DNA of 64,000 nt, from assembly GCF_963921235.1 (NCBI RefSeq), contig NC_086101.1:7318001-7382000 (forward strand). Reading direction: 5' to 3'. How positions within the stretch are numbered: position 1 is the first letter of the stretch; each line of letters begins with the position of its first letter. Under the pieces are notes generated by a model. That model was not told the DNA's origin, made no database searches, and saw nothing but the letters and a program-made list of their open reading frames with translations. This document shows positions 13,208 through 25,660 of the stretch, piece after piece. Position numbers and translations under genes: made by a program. This DNA comes from Mobula hypostoma (taxonomy: Eukaryota).

Positions 13208-13790
13208 TCAAGAAGCTAGATCCTCTGTTGATTGAGGTCTACCATAAAAATTGCATCCGAGTTGTCTATGCAAGCCATGGCGTAAGGCATGAAGAGCAAG
13301 CTGATGCCCATGCAGCAGCTCACCCTCTATATGCAGCTGGTGAATCGAAAGGAATGGCAGAGATTGATACAGTTTGCCATCAGTGGCCTCACAGGAGTTG
13401 CCAGTCAGCACTGAACTCAACGTAAGACTGCGTAGGGCACTCGAGCTCTGAATTTTTCCTCAGGGTTTACTCCCAGCCTTTTCTGTAAGAGGGTATGTCA
13501 GCAAAGCAGCAGAGGTTTGGTATCAGAGTTTTCCTTCTCCTACACGAGCTGCCAACCATGGCTAACGTGCTCCATCTGCCCAGGCAACTGGCTTTAAGCT
13601 ATCAGTAACCCTCCTTTGCCCCTTTCCCTGTCAGTAGAAATGGTTCCACTGGGCCCAATAGCTAAGCCACACGTGAAGGCCAGGAGCTGGACTTGATTGT
13701 CAGAAGCTATTTGAGATGCATGCCATTGGGAGCATTTAATAGATAGTGGGAGATTGACCCCACTCCCGCCTCCCGGCTATGACAATATTA
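13208..13790 (-). mobile_element. Dispersed non-coding repeat, probably derived from a retrotransposon 5' UTR (copy 2)
   Basis: Homologous to 5463-5885, extending further 3' on the minus strand. Confidence 0.6.
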
Positions 13791-14140
13791 AGGAAACTTA
13801 AGATAGGGGAAGAACAGATATCTTAAGAGATCAGGAAAGGAGAGGAGGTGGGCATGGTTAATGAGAACCTGAAGGCTGACTCTTTGCTTCTCTGGGATCT
13901 GTTGCGTGTTAGTGACCATGTGATGACAGGTTTGACCAAGGACACCAACAGAAGAATCTTCAATGCTGTCAAGTTCTGGTTGAAAGATTATTTTTACTTG
14001 TCCCATAGTACAAAGAAACACTGTAACGTACAGTGAAATGTGTTGCTTCCATCTGTCTATGTGCTGGCAGCAGACCATAAGTGAAGCCCCACTTATGGTG
14101 CCAACATAGCACGCCTACAACTTACTCATCCTAACCTGTA

Positions 14141-14381
14141 CACTTTATTTTCAATCGTGATCGTGATTATTTTCATGAACAGAAACACTGCGGATTCAGA
14201 GCTCCGCCGCCGGGTCCTAATGCCCACCGCACAGAGCCAGGTTAAATAAGGTCCGGGGTTCCGCTGGGTCCTAAAGTCCACCATATTGAGCCAGGTTGAA
14301 GAAGGGACTTGAGCATCCGCGTTTTTGGGTGTCCGCGAGGGGTCCCGGAACCAATCCCTCGAGGATAAGGAGGGCCGACTG
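14141..14381 (-). mobile_element. One-ended Tigger/pogo-like DNA transposon relic inside a SINE
   Basis: Minus strand begins TA|CAGTCGGCCCTCCTTATCC (Tigger/MER2-like TIR); TA on both sides; removing it restores the host SINE sequence CCTAACCTGTACATCTT. Confidence 0.7.
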
Positions 14382-14764
14382 TACATCTTGGGAATGTGGG
14401 AGGAAACCAGAGCACCTGGAGGAAACGCACATAGTTACGGCAAGAGCGTACAAACTCCTTATTGACAGCAGCGGGGACTGAAACCAGGTCACTGATACTG
14501 TAAAGATTATGCTGACTGCAACACTGCCCTGCCACCCGTACAGAGGGAGGGTGATAAAGGTTCCAGTTCAATATTCAGAATTTTGTTCTGGATCAGATCA
14601 AATGAGAGCATGGAGTTGGAATATTAGGGAGTGTGGGAAAGTGAGGTTGTTATAAAGACATTTTAGTAAGTGTGGGAAGAGGGCAAATAGAGATAAAGAG
14701 ATTGTTTAAAAAGTTGATTAACCTTGTCATATGTACATCAGAACTTGCAGTGTAAAGCATTGCA

Positions 14765-15560
14765 ACACACACACAGAATGCTGGAGGAACTTGGCAGGCC
14801 CGGCAGCATCTATGGAGAAAAGTACAGTCAACGTTGTGGGCTGAGACCCTTCTGCAGGACTGGAGGAAAAAAGATGAGGAGTAGATTTAAAAGGTGGGAG
14901 AGGGGAGAGAGAAACACAACGACCGTCTTGCCAAGCACCTACACTCCATCCGTCAGAAAAAGTGGGACGTCCCAGTGGCCACCCATTCTAATTCCACTTC
15001 CCATTCCAATTCCAGTATGATAATCCATGGCCCCCTGTATTGTTGTGATGAGGCCACACTCAGGTTGAAGGAAGAAAACCTTATATTCCATCTGGGTGGT
15101 CTCCAGCCTGATGGCGTGAGCATCGATTTCTCGAACTTCTGGAAATGGCCCTCCCACCGGCTCCTTCATCATTCCCCATCCCCCTTTTCCCTCTCTCACC
15201 TTGTCTTCTTGCCCGCCCATTGCCTCCCTCTGGTGCTCCTCCCCCCTTTCTTCCATGGCCTTCTGTCCTCTCCTATCAGACTCCACCTTCTCCAGCCCTG
15301 TATTCCTTTCACCAATCAACTTCCCAGCTCTTTACTTCATCCCTCCCCTTCAGGTTTCACCTATCATCCTGTGAGTCTCTCTCCTCTCCCCCACTTTTAA
15401 AATCTACTCCTCAGCTATTTTTCTCCAACCCTGTCGAAGGGTCTCTGCCCGAAATGTCAACAGTACATTTTCCCATAGATGCTGCCAGGCCTGCTGAGTT
15501 CCTCCGGCATTTTGTGTGTGTGTGTTGCTCGGATTTCCAGCATCTACAGATTTTCCCTTG
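14765..15560 (+). mobile_element. Penelope-like element with inverted 5' piece
   Basis: 14920-15145 encodes DRLAKHLHSI...PVATHSN...LRLKEENLIFHLGGLQPDGVSIDFSNF (GIY-YIG domain C-terminal half); 14765-14915 is a minus-strand copy of the same 3' tail. Confidence 0.85.
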
Positions 15561-16674
15561 TTAGTGGAAAGTATCGTTTGTGTTAATGACCAATACAGTC
15601 AAGGGTTTTGCTGGGGGCAGACCACAGGTGTCACCAGGCTTCCGCCGCCAACATAGCATGTCCACAGTTTACTAACCTGTATACCTTTGGAATCTGGGAC
15701 CACCTGGAATAAACCCACTCAGCCACAGGGAGAACAAATAAGCCCCTTACAGACAGTGTTGGGAATTGAACGCAGATCGCTGATTCTGTAAAACATTGCA
15801 CTAACCGCTATGTTAATGTGCCGCCGGGACAGAGGGAAGTTAAAGGAGACTAAAGCTCACTGTTAAGAAGTTTATTCTGGATAAGATCATTTGAAACCAT
15901 GGAGCTAGAGTATTAGGAAGCGTGGGAAAGTGAGGTGGTTACAAAGAAATTTTAGGGAGTCTGGGTAGAGGTCAATTCGCTCAGTTGGTCATGTTTTTTT
16001 TGCGTCGCACCGAAGCATTCTGGGCTGAAGACTTGAAGTGATACATCTGATACAAACTGGCATGTCAGTGCAAGGAGTCTTTCAGATCCAGTATGAAAAC
16101 TTATTGGGCTGGAGGGTAAATATACTCCCGTCCTTTCACAAGAAGAACTGGTGCCTGGCCATGATTTACCCTCAAGGAATTCTGCCAAAAGCCAATGAAT
16201 TGAACATTCAAATCCTGATTGCTTCTGGAACCTTGCTGTGTGCAAACAAAGACGGCACTTCACAAAAATAGTTTGCTGGCTGTGAAGCACTTTGGAACAG
16301 TCTTGAATGTGAAAAGCACTGTATGCGAGCAAGTTTTGTTTTAATGGCACATTCACCCATCCCTCTGTGTGTCTTCAAATGCCTGTGTAGGTGTGCATCT
16401 GTTTATCCATGTTGTACATTTGTATAAACATCACCCATCCTTCTACCTCCATTTGTCTCTTTATTTACATATGTTGTCAATATGTGTCTCAGCCAGCATA
16501 TCCATTTCTTTCCTATTACATTTGTCTGTATGTGTGCGCAGAGAAATAGAAAAAAACCCTTCAGTTCGACGTTCTTCCAGCAGGACAGACATCAACCTGA
16601 AATGTTTCTTCTTCTCTCTTTAAACTATTGCCTGACTTTTTTTTTTGCTTGTAATTTATGTTTAATATTAATAA

Positions 16675-17590
16675 TAGTCGAGTCTGCTCTGCCAATTCAT
16701 CATGGCTGATCCATTTCCCTCTGAGCTCTAATCTTCTGCCTGAACCCCAGAACCCTTCATGCCCTGACAATCAAGAATCTATCAACATCTGCCTTAAATA
16801 TACCCAATAACTTGGACTCCACAGCCAACTGTGGCAATGAATTTTACATTTTCACCACTTTCTGGCTGAAGAAATTGCTCCTCATCTCCGTCCCAAATGG
16901 AGTTTCCACTCTATTGTGAGACTCTGTCCTCTAGTCCTAGACTCCCCCACCATAGGAAACATCCTCTCCACACCTACGCCATCGAGGTCCTTCAGCACTT
17001 AATAGGTTTCCCTGGGATCTCCTACTCATTCTTTCGAATTCCAGTGAGTACAGGCCCAGAGCTACCATGTGCTCCTCATATGATTAGCCTTTCAATCCTG
17101 AAATCATGTTCCTCAACCTCCTTTGAACCCTCTCTAATGACTGCAGATCCTTTCTTAGATCAGGGGCCCAAACCTGCTCACAATACTCCAAGTGAGGCCT
17201 CACCAGCGCTTTATAAAATTTCAACATTACATCCTTACTTTTATATTCCAGTCCTCTTGAAATTAATGCGAAAATTACATTTGTCTTCCTAGCCCAAGAC
17301 TACACCTGCAAATTAGCTTTTAGAGAATCCTGCATGAGGACTCCCAGGCCCCTTTGCAGAGGGTGTTGAATCTGTGGAATTCATTGCCACAGGCTGCTGT
17401 GCAGGCCAGGTCATTGCATACACTTAAAGCTGATGTTAATGGGCTTTGATTAGTCAAGGCATCAAAGGTTATGGGGGGAAGGCAGGAGAATGGGATTGTG
17501 AGGGGAATCAACCAGACATGATCGAATGGTGGAGAAGACTCGATGGGCTGAATGGCCTAATTCTGCTGCTATGTTTTATGGTCTTATGGC
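16675..17590. mobile_element. CR1 fragments, minus (16675-17355) then plus (17356-17590)
   Basis: CR1 ORF2 C-terminal and 3' UTR sequence in both orientations. Confidence 0.75.
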
Positions 17591-17644
17591 CAAATGAAGA
17601 CAGGTGGGGCTACCGGGCTACCTTGCTGAACAACACAGTCAGCA

Positions 17645-20600
17645 TGGAAACATAGAAAACCTGCAGCACAATACAGGCCTTTTGGCCCACAGAGTTGTGC
17701 CGAAAATGTCCCTACCTTAGAAACTACTAGGCTTACCCACAGCCCTCTATTTTACTAAGTTCCATGTACCTATCCAAAAGTCTCTTAAAAGACCCTATCG
17801 TATCCGCCTCCACCACCGTTGCCGGCAGCCCATTCCACGCACTCACCACTCTCTGAGTGAAAAACTTACCCCTGACATCTCCTCCATACCTACTCCCCAG
17901 CACCTTAAATCTGTGTCCTCCTGTGGCTACCATTTCAGCCCTGGGAAAAAGTCTCTGACTGTCCACACGATCAATGCCTCTCATCATCTTATACACCTCT
18001 GTCAGGTCACCTCTCATCCTCCGTCGCTCCAAGGAGAAAAGGCTGAGTTCACTCAACCTATTCTCATAAGGTATGCTCCCCAATCCAGGCAACATCCTTG
18101 TAAATCTCCTCTGCACCCTTTCTACAGTTTCCATGTCCTTCCTGTAGTGAGGTGACCAAAACTGAGCACAGTACTCCAAGTGGGGTCTGACCAGGGTCCT
18201 ATATAGCTGCAACATTACCTCTCGGCTCCTAAATTCAATTCCACGATTGATGAAGGCCAATGCACCACACACCTTCTTAACCACAGAGTCATCCTGCGCA
18301 GCTGCTTTGAGCGTCCTATGGACTTGGACCCCAAGATCCCTCTGATCCTCCACACTGCCAAGAGTATTACCATTAATACTATATTCTGCCATCATATTTG
18401 ACCTACCAGAATGAACCACTTCACACTTATCTGGATTGAACTCCATCTGCCGCTCTCAGCCCAGTTTTGCATCCTATCAATGTCCCGCTGTAACTTCTGA
18501 AAGCCCTCCACACTACCCACAACACCTCCAACCTTTGGTGTTATCAGCAAACTTACTAACCCGTCGCTCCACTTCCTCATCCAGGTCATTTATAAAAATC
18601 ATGAAGAGTAAGGGTCCCAGAACAGATCCCTGAGGCACTCCACCAGTGACCAACCTCCATGCAGAATATGACCCGTCTACAGCCACTCTTTGCCTTCTGT
18701 GGGCAAGCCACTTCTGGATCCTCAAAGCAATGTCCCCTTGGATCCCATGCCTCCTTACTTTCTCAATAAGCCTTGCGTGGTGTACCTTATCAAATGCCTT
18801 GCTGAAATCCACATACGCTACATCTACTGCTCTTTCTTCATCAATGTGTTTAGTCACATCCTCAAAAAATTCAATCAGGCTCGGAAGGCATGACCTGCCC
18901 TTGACAAAGCCATGCTGACTACTCCTAATCATATTATACCTCTCCAAATGTTCATAAGTCCTGCCTCTCAGGATCTTCTCCATCAACTTACCAACCACTG
19001 AGGTAAGAGTCACTGGTCTACAATTTCCTGGGCTATCTCTACTTCCTATCTTGAATAAAGGAACAACATCCGCAACCCTCCAATCCTCTGGAACCTCTCC
19101 CGTCCCCATTGATGATGCAAAGATCATCGCCGGAGGCTCAGCAATCTCCTCCCTTGCCTCCCACAGTAGCCTGGGGTACATCTCATCCAGTCCCGGTGAC
19201 TTATCCAACTTGATGCTTTCCAAAAGCTCCAGCACATCCTCTTTCTTAATATCTACATGCTCAAGCTTTTCAGTCCACTGCAAGTCAGCACTACAATCAC
19301 CAAGATCCTTTTCCATCGTGAATACTGAAGTAAAATATTCATTAAGTACCTCTGCTATTTCCTCCGGTTCCATACACACTTTCCTACTGTCACACTTGAT
19401 AGGTCCTATTCTTTCACGTCTTATCCTCTTACTCTTCACATACTTGTAGAACGCCTTGGGGTTTTCTTTAATCTTGCCCGCCAAGGCCTTCTCATGGCAC
19501 CCTCTGGCTCTCCTAATTTCCTAAACTCCTTCCTATTAGTCTTATAATCTTCTAGATCGCTAACATTACCTAGCTCTCTGAACCTTTTGTAAGCTTTTCT
19601 TTTTGACTAGATTTATTACAGCCTTTGTACACCACAGTTCCTGTACCCTGCCATAACTTCCCTGTCTCATTGGAACATACCTATGCAGAACTCCACACAA
19701 CTATCCCCTGAATATTTGCCACATTTGTTCCATACTTTTTCCTGAGAACACCTGTTTCCAATTTAAGCCTCCAATTTCCTGCCTGCTAGCCTCATAACTC
19801 CTCTTACTCCAATTAAACACTTTTCTAACTTGTCTGTTCCTATCTCTCTCCAATGCTTTTGTAAATGAGATAGAATTATGATCACTATCTCCAAAACGCT
19901 CTCCCACTGAGAGATCTAACACCTGGCCAGGTTCATTTCCCAATACCAGATCAAGTACAGCCTCTCCTCTTGTAGGCTTATCTACATATTGTGTCAGGAA
20001 ACCTTCCTGAACACACCTAACAAACTCTACCCCATCTAAATTCCTTGCTCTAGGGAGATGCCAATCGATATTTGGGAAATTAAAATCTCCCATCACAACA
20101 ACTCTGTTATTATTACACCTTTCCAGGATCTGTTTCACTATCTGCTCTTCGATATCCCTGTTACTATTGGGCGGCCTATAAAAAACACCCAGTAGAATTA
20201 TTGACCACTTCCTGTTCCTAACCTCCACCCACAGAGACTCAGTAGACAATCCCTCCATTGTGTCCACCTTTTTTGCAGCCGTGACACTATCTCTGTCCAA
20301 CAGTGCCACTCCCCCACCTCTTTTGCCTCCCTCCCTGTCTTTTCTGAAACATCTAAAGCCCGGCACTTGAAGGAACCATTCCTGTCCCTGAGCCATCCAA
20401 GTCTCTGTAATGGCCACCACATCACATATCCAAGTATTGATCCATGCTCTAAGCTTATCCGCTTTGTTCACAACACTCCTTGCGTTAAAATAGACACATC
20501 TCAAACCTTCGGTCTGAGCGCATCCCTTCTCTATCACCTGCCTATCCTCCCTCTCGCACTGTCTACAAGCTTTCTCTATTTGTGAGCCAACCTCCTCTTC

Positions 20601-21495
20601 CCCAGTCTCTTCAGTTCAGTTCCCACCCCCCAACAATACTAGTTTAAACTCTCCCCGGTAGCCTTACCAAACTTCCCTGCCAGGATATTGGTCCCCTGGG
20701 ATTCAAGTGCAACCCGTCCTTTTTGTACAGGTCACGCCTGCCCCTAAAGAGGTCCCAATGATCCAGAAATCTGAATCCTTGCCCCCTGCTCCAATTCCTC
20801 AGCCATACATTTATCCTCCACCTCATTCTATTCCTATACTCACTGTCGCATGGCACAGGCAGTGATCCTGAGATTACTACCTTGTGGTCCTGCTTCTCAA
20901 CTTCCTTCCTAACTCCCTGTAGTCTTTATTCAGGACCTCTTCCCTTTTCCAACCTGTGTCATTGGTACCAATATGTACCACGACCTCTGGCTGTTCTCCC
21001 TCCCACTGCAGGATATCTAGAACGCAATCTGAAACATCCCGGACCCTGGCACCTGTGAGGCAAACTACCATCTGAGTTTCTTTCCTGCGTCCACAGAATT
21101 GCCTGTCTGACCCCCCAACTATAGAGTCCCCTATCACTGCTGCCTTCCTCTTCTTTTCCCTACCCTTCTGAGCCACAGGGCCGGACTCTGTGCCAGAGGC
21201 ACGGCCACTGTTGCTTCCCCAGGTAAGCTGTCCCCCCCAACAGTACTCAAACAGGAGTAGTTATTGTCAAGGGGGACAGCCACAGGGTACTCTCTCATCC
21301 TGACTCCTGCCCTTCCCTCTCCTGACTGTGACCCACTCGTCTGTCTCCCGTGGCCCCAGTGTGACCACCTGCCTATAACTCCTCTCTATCACCTCCTCGC
21401 TCTCCCTGACTAGGCAAAGGTCATCGAGCTGCATCTCCAGTTCCCCAACTCGGTCACTCAGGAGCTGCAGCTTGACATATCGGGTGCAGATATGG
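17645..21495 (-). mobile_element. Near-full-length CR1 LINE (ORF1 SGNH esterase, ORF2 APE + RT)
   Basis: ORF1 AVIGDSIV...VVVHIGTND...DGLHLN (20644-21176); APE YFNARSV...VAITETW...GDFN...SDH (19701-20537); [14 protein letters not shown] (18513-19484); C-terminus 17733-18446; a few frameshifts/stops. Confidence 0.97.
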
Positions 21496-21659
21496 CAAGT
21501 TGCACCAAAGAACCTGTTTCAGTGCTCAACGACACTATGAGATCACCGCTCTGGTTGTTCAATCTCTCTTCATTGAATGAAGCTGTCATCGCACGAACCA
21601 GTGAATCATAGTTGCACCCTCTCTATGGCAAGTACACCTTTAATATGGGAGCAGAAAGT

Positions 21660-21950
21660 TGGGGTGGCCGTTAGCACAAACACTTTACAGCACCTCCAGT
21701 GCAATTAGGGTTCAGTTCCTGCTGCAGCCCATAGGAAATTTGTTTGTTCTCCCCTTTACCCTGTGAATTTCCCCCTGCTGCTCGAGTTTCCTCCATATTC
21801 CAAAGAACCGCGAGTTAGAGTTAGTGAGCCATTGGCCTGCTATCTCAGCCTCGGAAGTATGCCAACTCTTGCGGGCTGCCCAGCACAATTCTTGCAGATT
21901 TGATTTGATGCTAATGAAACATTCAATGTACATTTGGCAGGTAAAGCCAC
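21660..21950 (+). mobile_element. tRNA-derived V-SINE/HE1-like SINE
   Basis: Box-B-like GGGTTCAGTTCC then V-domain-like TTTCCCCCTGCTGCTCGAGTTTCCTCCATATTCCAAAGA; related copies at ~1-130 (+), 3650-3900, 9505-9685, 14030-14530 and 15570-15825 (-). Confidence 0.65.
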
Positions 21951-22149
21951 ATAGACTGAACATTTCATCCCTTTCTCGGCATCTCCAGTGCTTTACTTTT
22001 GTTGTATGTATGTCAAGAGCCTGATCACTGCCTTTGACTCTTTTCTGGTGTGGCTTCCCTGTAGTTCATTAAATTATTATATACCACAGGAGGCCATTTG
22101 GCCCACTGAGTCCAGAATTCCTTGCTGTGAGATCAATCCATTGTTCCCT

Positions 22150-22910
22150 TCCAGCATCAGATTCAGTATTTATTATAACCGGCGTGTCACGTGTTGTTTT
22201 GTGGCAGAGGTACAATGCGAAGACATAAACTAAGTAACTAGTGCAAAATAAAAACAAGCAGTGAGGTAGAGTTACGGGTTCCTGACCTGTCCAGAAAGCT
22301 GATGGCGGAGAAGGAGCTGTTCTGGAATCATTGCGTTTGGGTCTTCGGGCTCCTGTACCTGATGGTAGTAATGAGAAGTGAGCACAATCCAAATAGTTGT
22401 TGGTAAAGGGTACCACCTCCTTAAGGTATCATGTCTTGAAGGTGTCCTAAATGGTGAGGCAGGTGGTGGCTGTATCCATAATCTTCTGCACCCTGTTGTA
22501 ATCCTGTTCACTGCAAGCTCTATACCAGACGGTTTGCAACCAGTCAGAACACTGTCCACCGTACACCTATAGAAATTTGCAAGCATCTTTGATGGCACTC
22601 CAAATCCCTCAAACTCCGAATGCAGTACAGCCACTGCCATGCTCTCTTCATTATTGTTGGGCCCAGAGAAGTCAGATATTCAGAGAAGTTGATACCCAGG
22701 AACTTGAAGCTGATTACCCTTTCCACCTCTGATTCATCGATGAGGAGTGGTGTATTCTCTCCAGACTTCCCCTTCCTGAAATCCACAATTCCTTCCTCCA
22801 ACTGACACTGAGTGCAAGGCTGTTGTCATGTCATTACTTACCCAGATAATCTCTCTCACTCCTATACTTCTGTCAAAATCTGAGATTCTACCAACAGCAG
22901 TGGTGTCAAC
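22150..22910 (-). mobile_element. Rex1/Babar-like LINE fragment
   Basis: IVDFRKGK...VERVISFKFLGI...LANFYRCTVDSVLTGC. Confidence 0.8.
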
Positions 22911-23740
22911 TCTTTCTGAATAGGCCTGCAACTATTTAAAAAGTATTCAGGTGTCTATCCAGAAAGATTGAATCATCTTTCACCACCCCGCTGCCCCCTA
23001 TCCCCAGCAGGCTAGTATGGTAAGAGGATGATGGTTTGCTCTGTTAGAAGCAAGGATAGACTGAATGGGCCCAATGTCCATGATTCTGTAAGGTGGATGG
23101 AGTTCATGTTTTGATTCAGTGGGAGCTACTGTGGGTTAGGCAGGTGGAAAGAATATGTGATGTTAAGCAGATGGTTATATTTGATCTTGGAGGAGGTTAA
23201 AACATTGGCACCTCACTGTACTGAGCTGTACAGCTCTATGTTGTATGTTCCATGTTCTATATGCCCCAGCTCGCTCACCTTTTCCTAATAAGACATGCAC
23301 TCCAAACTTGATAGAGGTCTATAAGATGATGAGAAGCAGAGTTAGAATGGACAGTCGGTGCTTTGTCTTTTACCCAGGATGGCAACAGCTAATAAGGACG
23401 GCATAATTTTAAGATGATTGGAGGAATCTATGGGGGGATGATAGGTGGGATGTCAGGGGTAAGTCTTTTTGCACAGACTGAGGTGGGTGTGTGGGACGCA
23501 CTGCCAGGGGAGGTGGTAGAGGCAGATACATTAGGGATATTTAAGAGACTCTTGGATAGGCATGTGGACGAAAGAAAAATGGAGGACTATGTGGGAGGGA
23601 AGGGTTAGATTTGTCTTGGGTTAGGTTAAATTGTTGGCGCAACGTCATGGGCTGCAGGGCATGTAGTGTGCGCTCGTGTTCTTGCTGCATATTCTATATA
23701 GCGCACCTTGGCTTTAACTGTGTTCTCATCTCCTCTTCAG

Positions 23741-24039
23741 TCTTACAGGACGGAGGGCACCAAGCACCCATGTCACCCCCGCCTTACCCAGTGCAAGAGG
23801 CTTCGGTGAATGGCACGTCACAAGGCTACTCGATGTCAATGCACCCTGCTGCCATGGCAGCTGGCACTGAGGGCTTCATCCAGGAGACTCAGTTCAGCAG
23901 CAGTGTGCCCCAGGGATACGCCGTGCCTGTAAACCATCCCGCCGGGCCCATGGGCTTGGCGGGCTATGGGCCCCAAGGTTACGCTGTGCAGTACCAGCCC
24001 TGCGCGGGGGCCTATGTGCCAGTCTACCCCATGGCAAAC
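23741..24039 (+). CDS. PRRT1: PRRT1 (proline-rich transmembrane protein 1 / SynDIG4), internal coding exon, Pro/Gly-rich N-terminal region
   Basis: Polypyrimidine tract + AG (tgttctcatctcctcttcag) ends at 23740; donor GTGAGT starts at 24040. Translation LQDGGHQAPMSPPPYP...FIQETQF...GYAVQYQPCAGAYVPVYPMAN matches motifs I recall from mammalian PRRT1 (SPPPY, YLQETRF, LQPCTAYVPVYP). Start assumes a phase-1 intron; an alternative AG lies at 23747-23748. Confidence 0.9.
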
Positions 24040-24106
24040 GTGAGTAAGGCTCTTGCATAAAAGGGTAACGTGCTGGGGTGAGGGAAGGGTATGGCATTCT
24101 CTCTCA

Positions 24107-24610
24107 CAAGGGATCCTGCAAATGCTGGAAACCATGAACGTCACACAGAGTTTTCCAGACCGCAGCAGATCAGGCAGCATCTGTCGAGAGGAATAAACAG
24201 TCAATGCTTTGAGCTGGGAACCTTCATCGGGCACTGGAAAGGAAGGGGAACGAAGCCAGATTGGTGGAAGGGGAAGCGGTACAAGCTGGAAGGTGATAGG
24301 AGGCACTCGGTGAGGGGGATGTTTTGTCGGGGGAAGGGGGAGGCATGAAGTAAGAAACTTGGAGAAGATCATTGGAAGAGGAGAAGGGCTGAATAAGAAG
24401 GAGTCGATAGGAGTGGACCATGGGAGAAAGGGAAGGAGGAGGAGGAGGAGAACCAGAGGGAGGTGATAGGCAAGTGAGGAGAAGGAAAAAAGTGAGAGGG
24501 GAAGCAGAGTGGGGAATGGAAATAGAGAGAAGGGTGAGGGAAAGAAATTACTTGAAGTTCGAGAAATCACCAGAATAGGAAATGTAAAAAGAGAGAAGGG
24601 GGAACCAGAA
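24107..24610 (-). mobile_element. Penelope-like 3' fragment in a PRRT1 intron
   Basis: Purine-rich mirror of the PLE UTR with decayed hammerhead at ~24198-24236. Confidence 0.75.
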
Positions 24611-24674
24611 TGGGGATTTGCCTTCCATGGTAACATCTCTCTGGTTTCCCTCCTCCTTCCCTTGAGAACACAAC

Positions 24675-25660
24675 AACTAGCAGGAGTAGACCAGCAGGCC
24701 CATTGAGCCTACTCCACCTTTCAATAAGATCATGGCTGATCTGACCATGGACTCATCTCCACCTACCTGCCTTTTCCCCATAACCCTTAATTCCCCTATC
24801 CAACCTTGTCTTAAATATATTTACTGAGGTAGCCTCCACTGCTTCATTGGGCAGAGAATTCCACAGATTCACCACTCTTTGGGAAAAGCAGTTCCTCCTC
24901 ACCTCCATCATAAATTTACTCCCCAGAATCTTGAGGCTATGTCCCCTAATTCTAGTCTCACCTACCAGTGGAAACAACTTTCCTGCCTCTGTCTTACCTA
25001 TCCCTTCCATAACTTTAAATGTTTCTGTAAGATCTCCTCTCATTCTTCTGAATTCCAGTGAGTACAGCCCCAGGCGACTCAATCTTTCCTCAAAGTCTAA
25101 CCCCCTCATCTCTGGAATCAACCTGGTGAACCTTCTCTGCACTGCCTCCAAAGCCAGTACCTCTGTCCTCAGGTACGGAGACCAGATCTGCGTGTGGTAC
25201 TTCAGGTGTGGCCTCACCAGTGCCCCGTACAGTTGTAGCACAACCTCCCTGCTCTTAAATCCTTCAATCCTCGAAGGGTCTTTAATCCCTCTAGCAATGA
25301 AGGCCAACATTCCATTTGCCTTCTTGATAGCCTGTTGCACACCTGCAAACCAGCCTTTTGCAATTCATGCACAAGCACTCCCAAGTTCTTCTGCACAGCA
25401 GTATGCTGCAATCTTTTACTATTTAAATAATAATCTGATCTTCCATTTTCCCTTCCAAAGTGGATGACCTTGCATTTACCAACATTATACTCCATCTTCC
25501 AGACCCTTGCTCACTCACTTAACCTATCCTGCTCTTATTTCTTATGTTCTTATCTATATCTCTCTGTAGACTCTCCATATCCTCCACACAATTTGCTTTT
25601 CCACTCAATTTAGCGTCATCTACAAACTTTAGATACATCACACTCATTCACGTCTTCCAG
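24675..25660 (-). mobile_element. CR1 LINE 3' part
   Basis: ORFs 24753-25340 and 25214-25495. Confidence 0.92.

Noticed and set aside
23836..24636. 266-aa minus-strand ORF
   Set aside because: Low-complexity Penelope UTR fused to the antisense of a PRRT1 exon.
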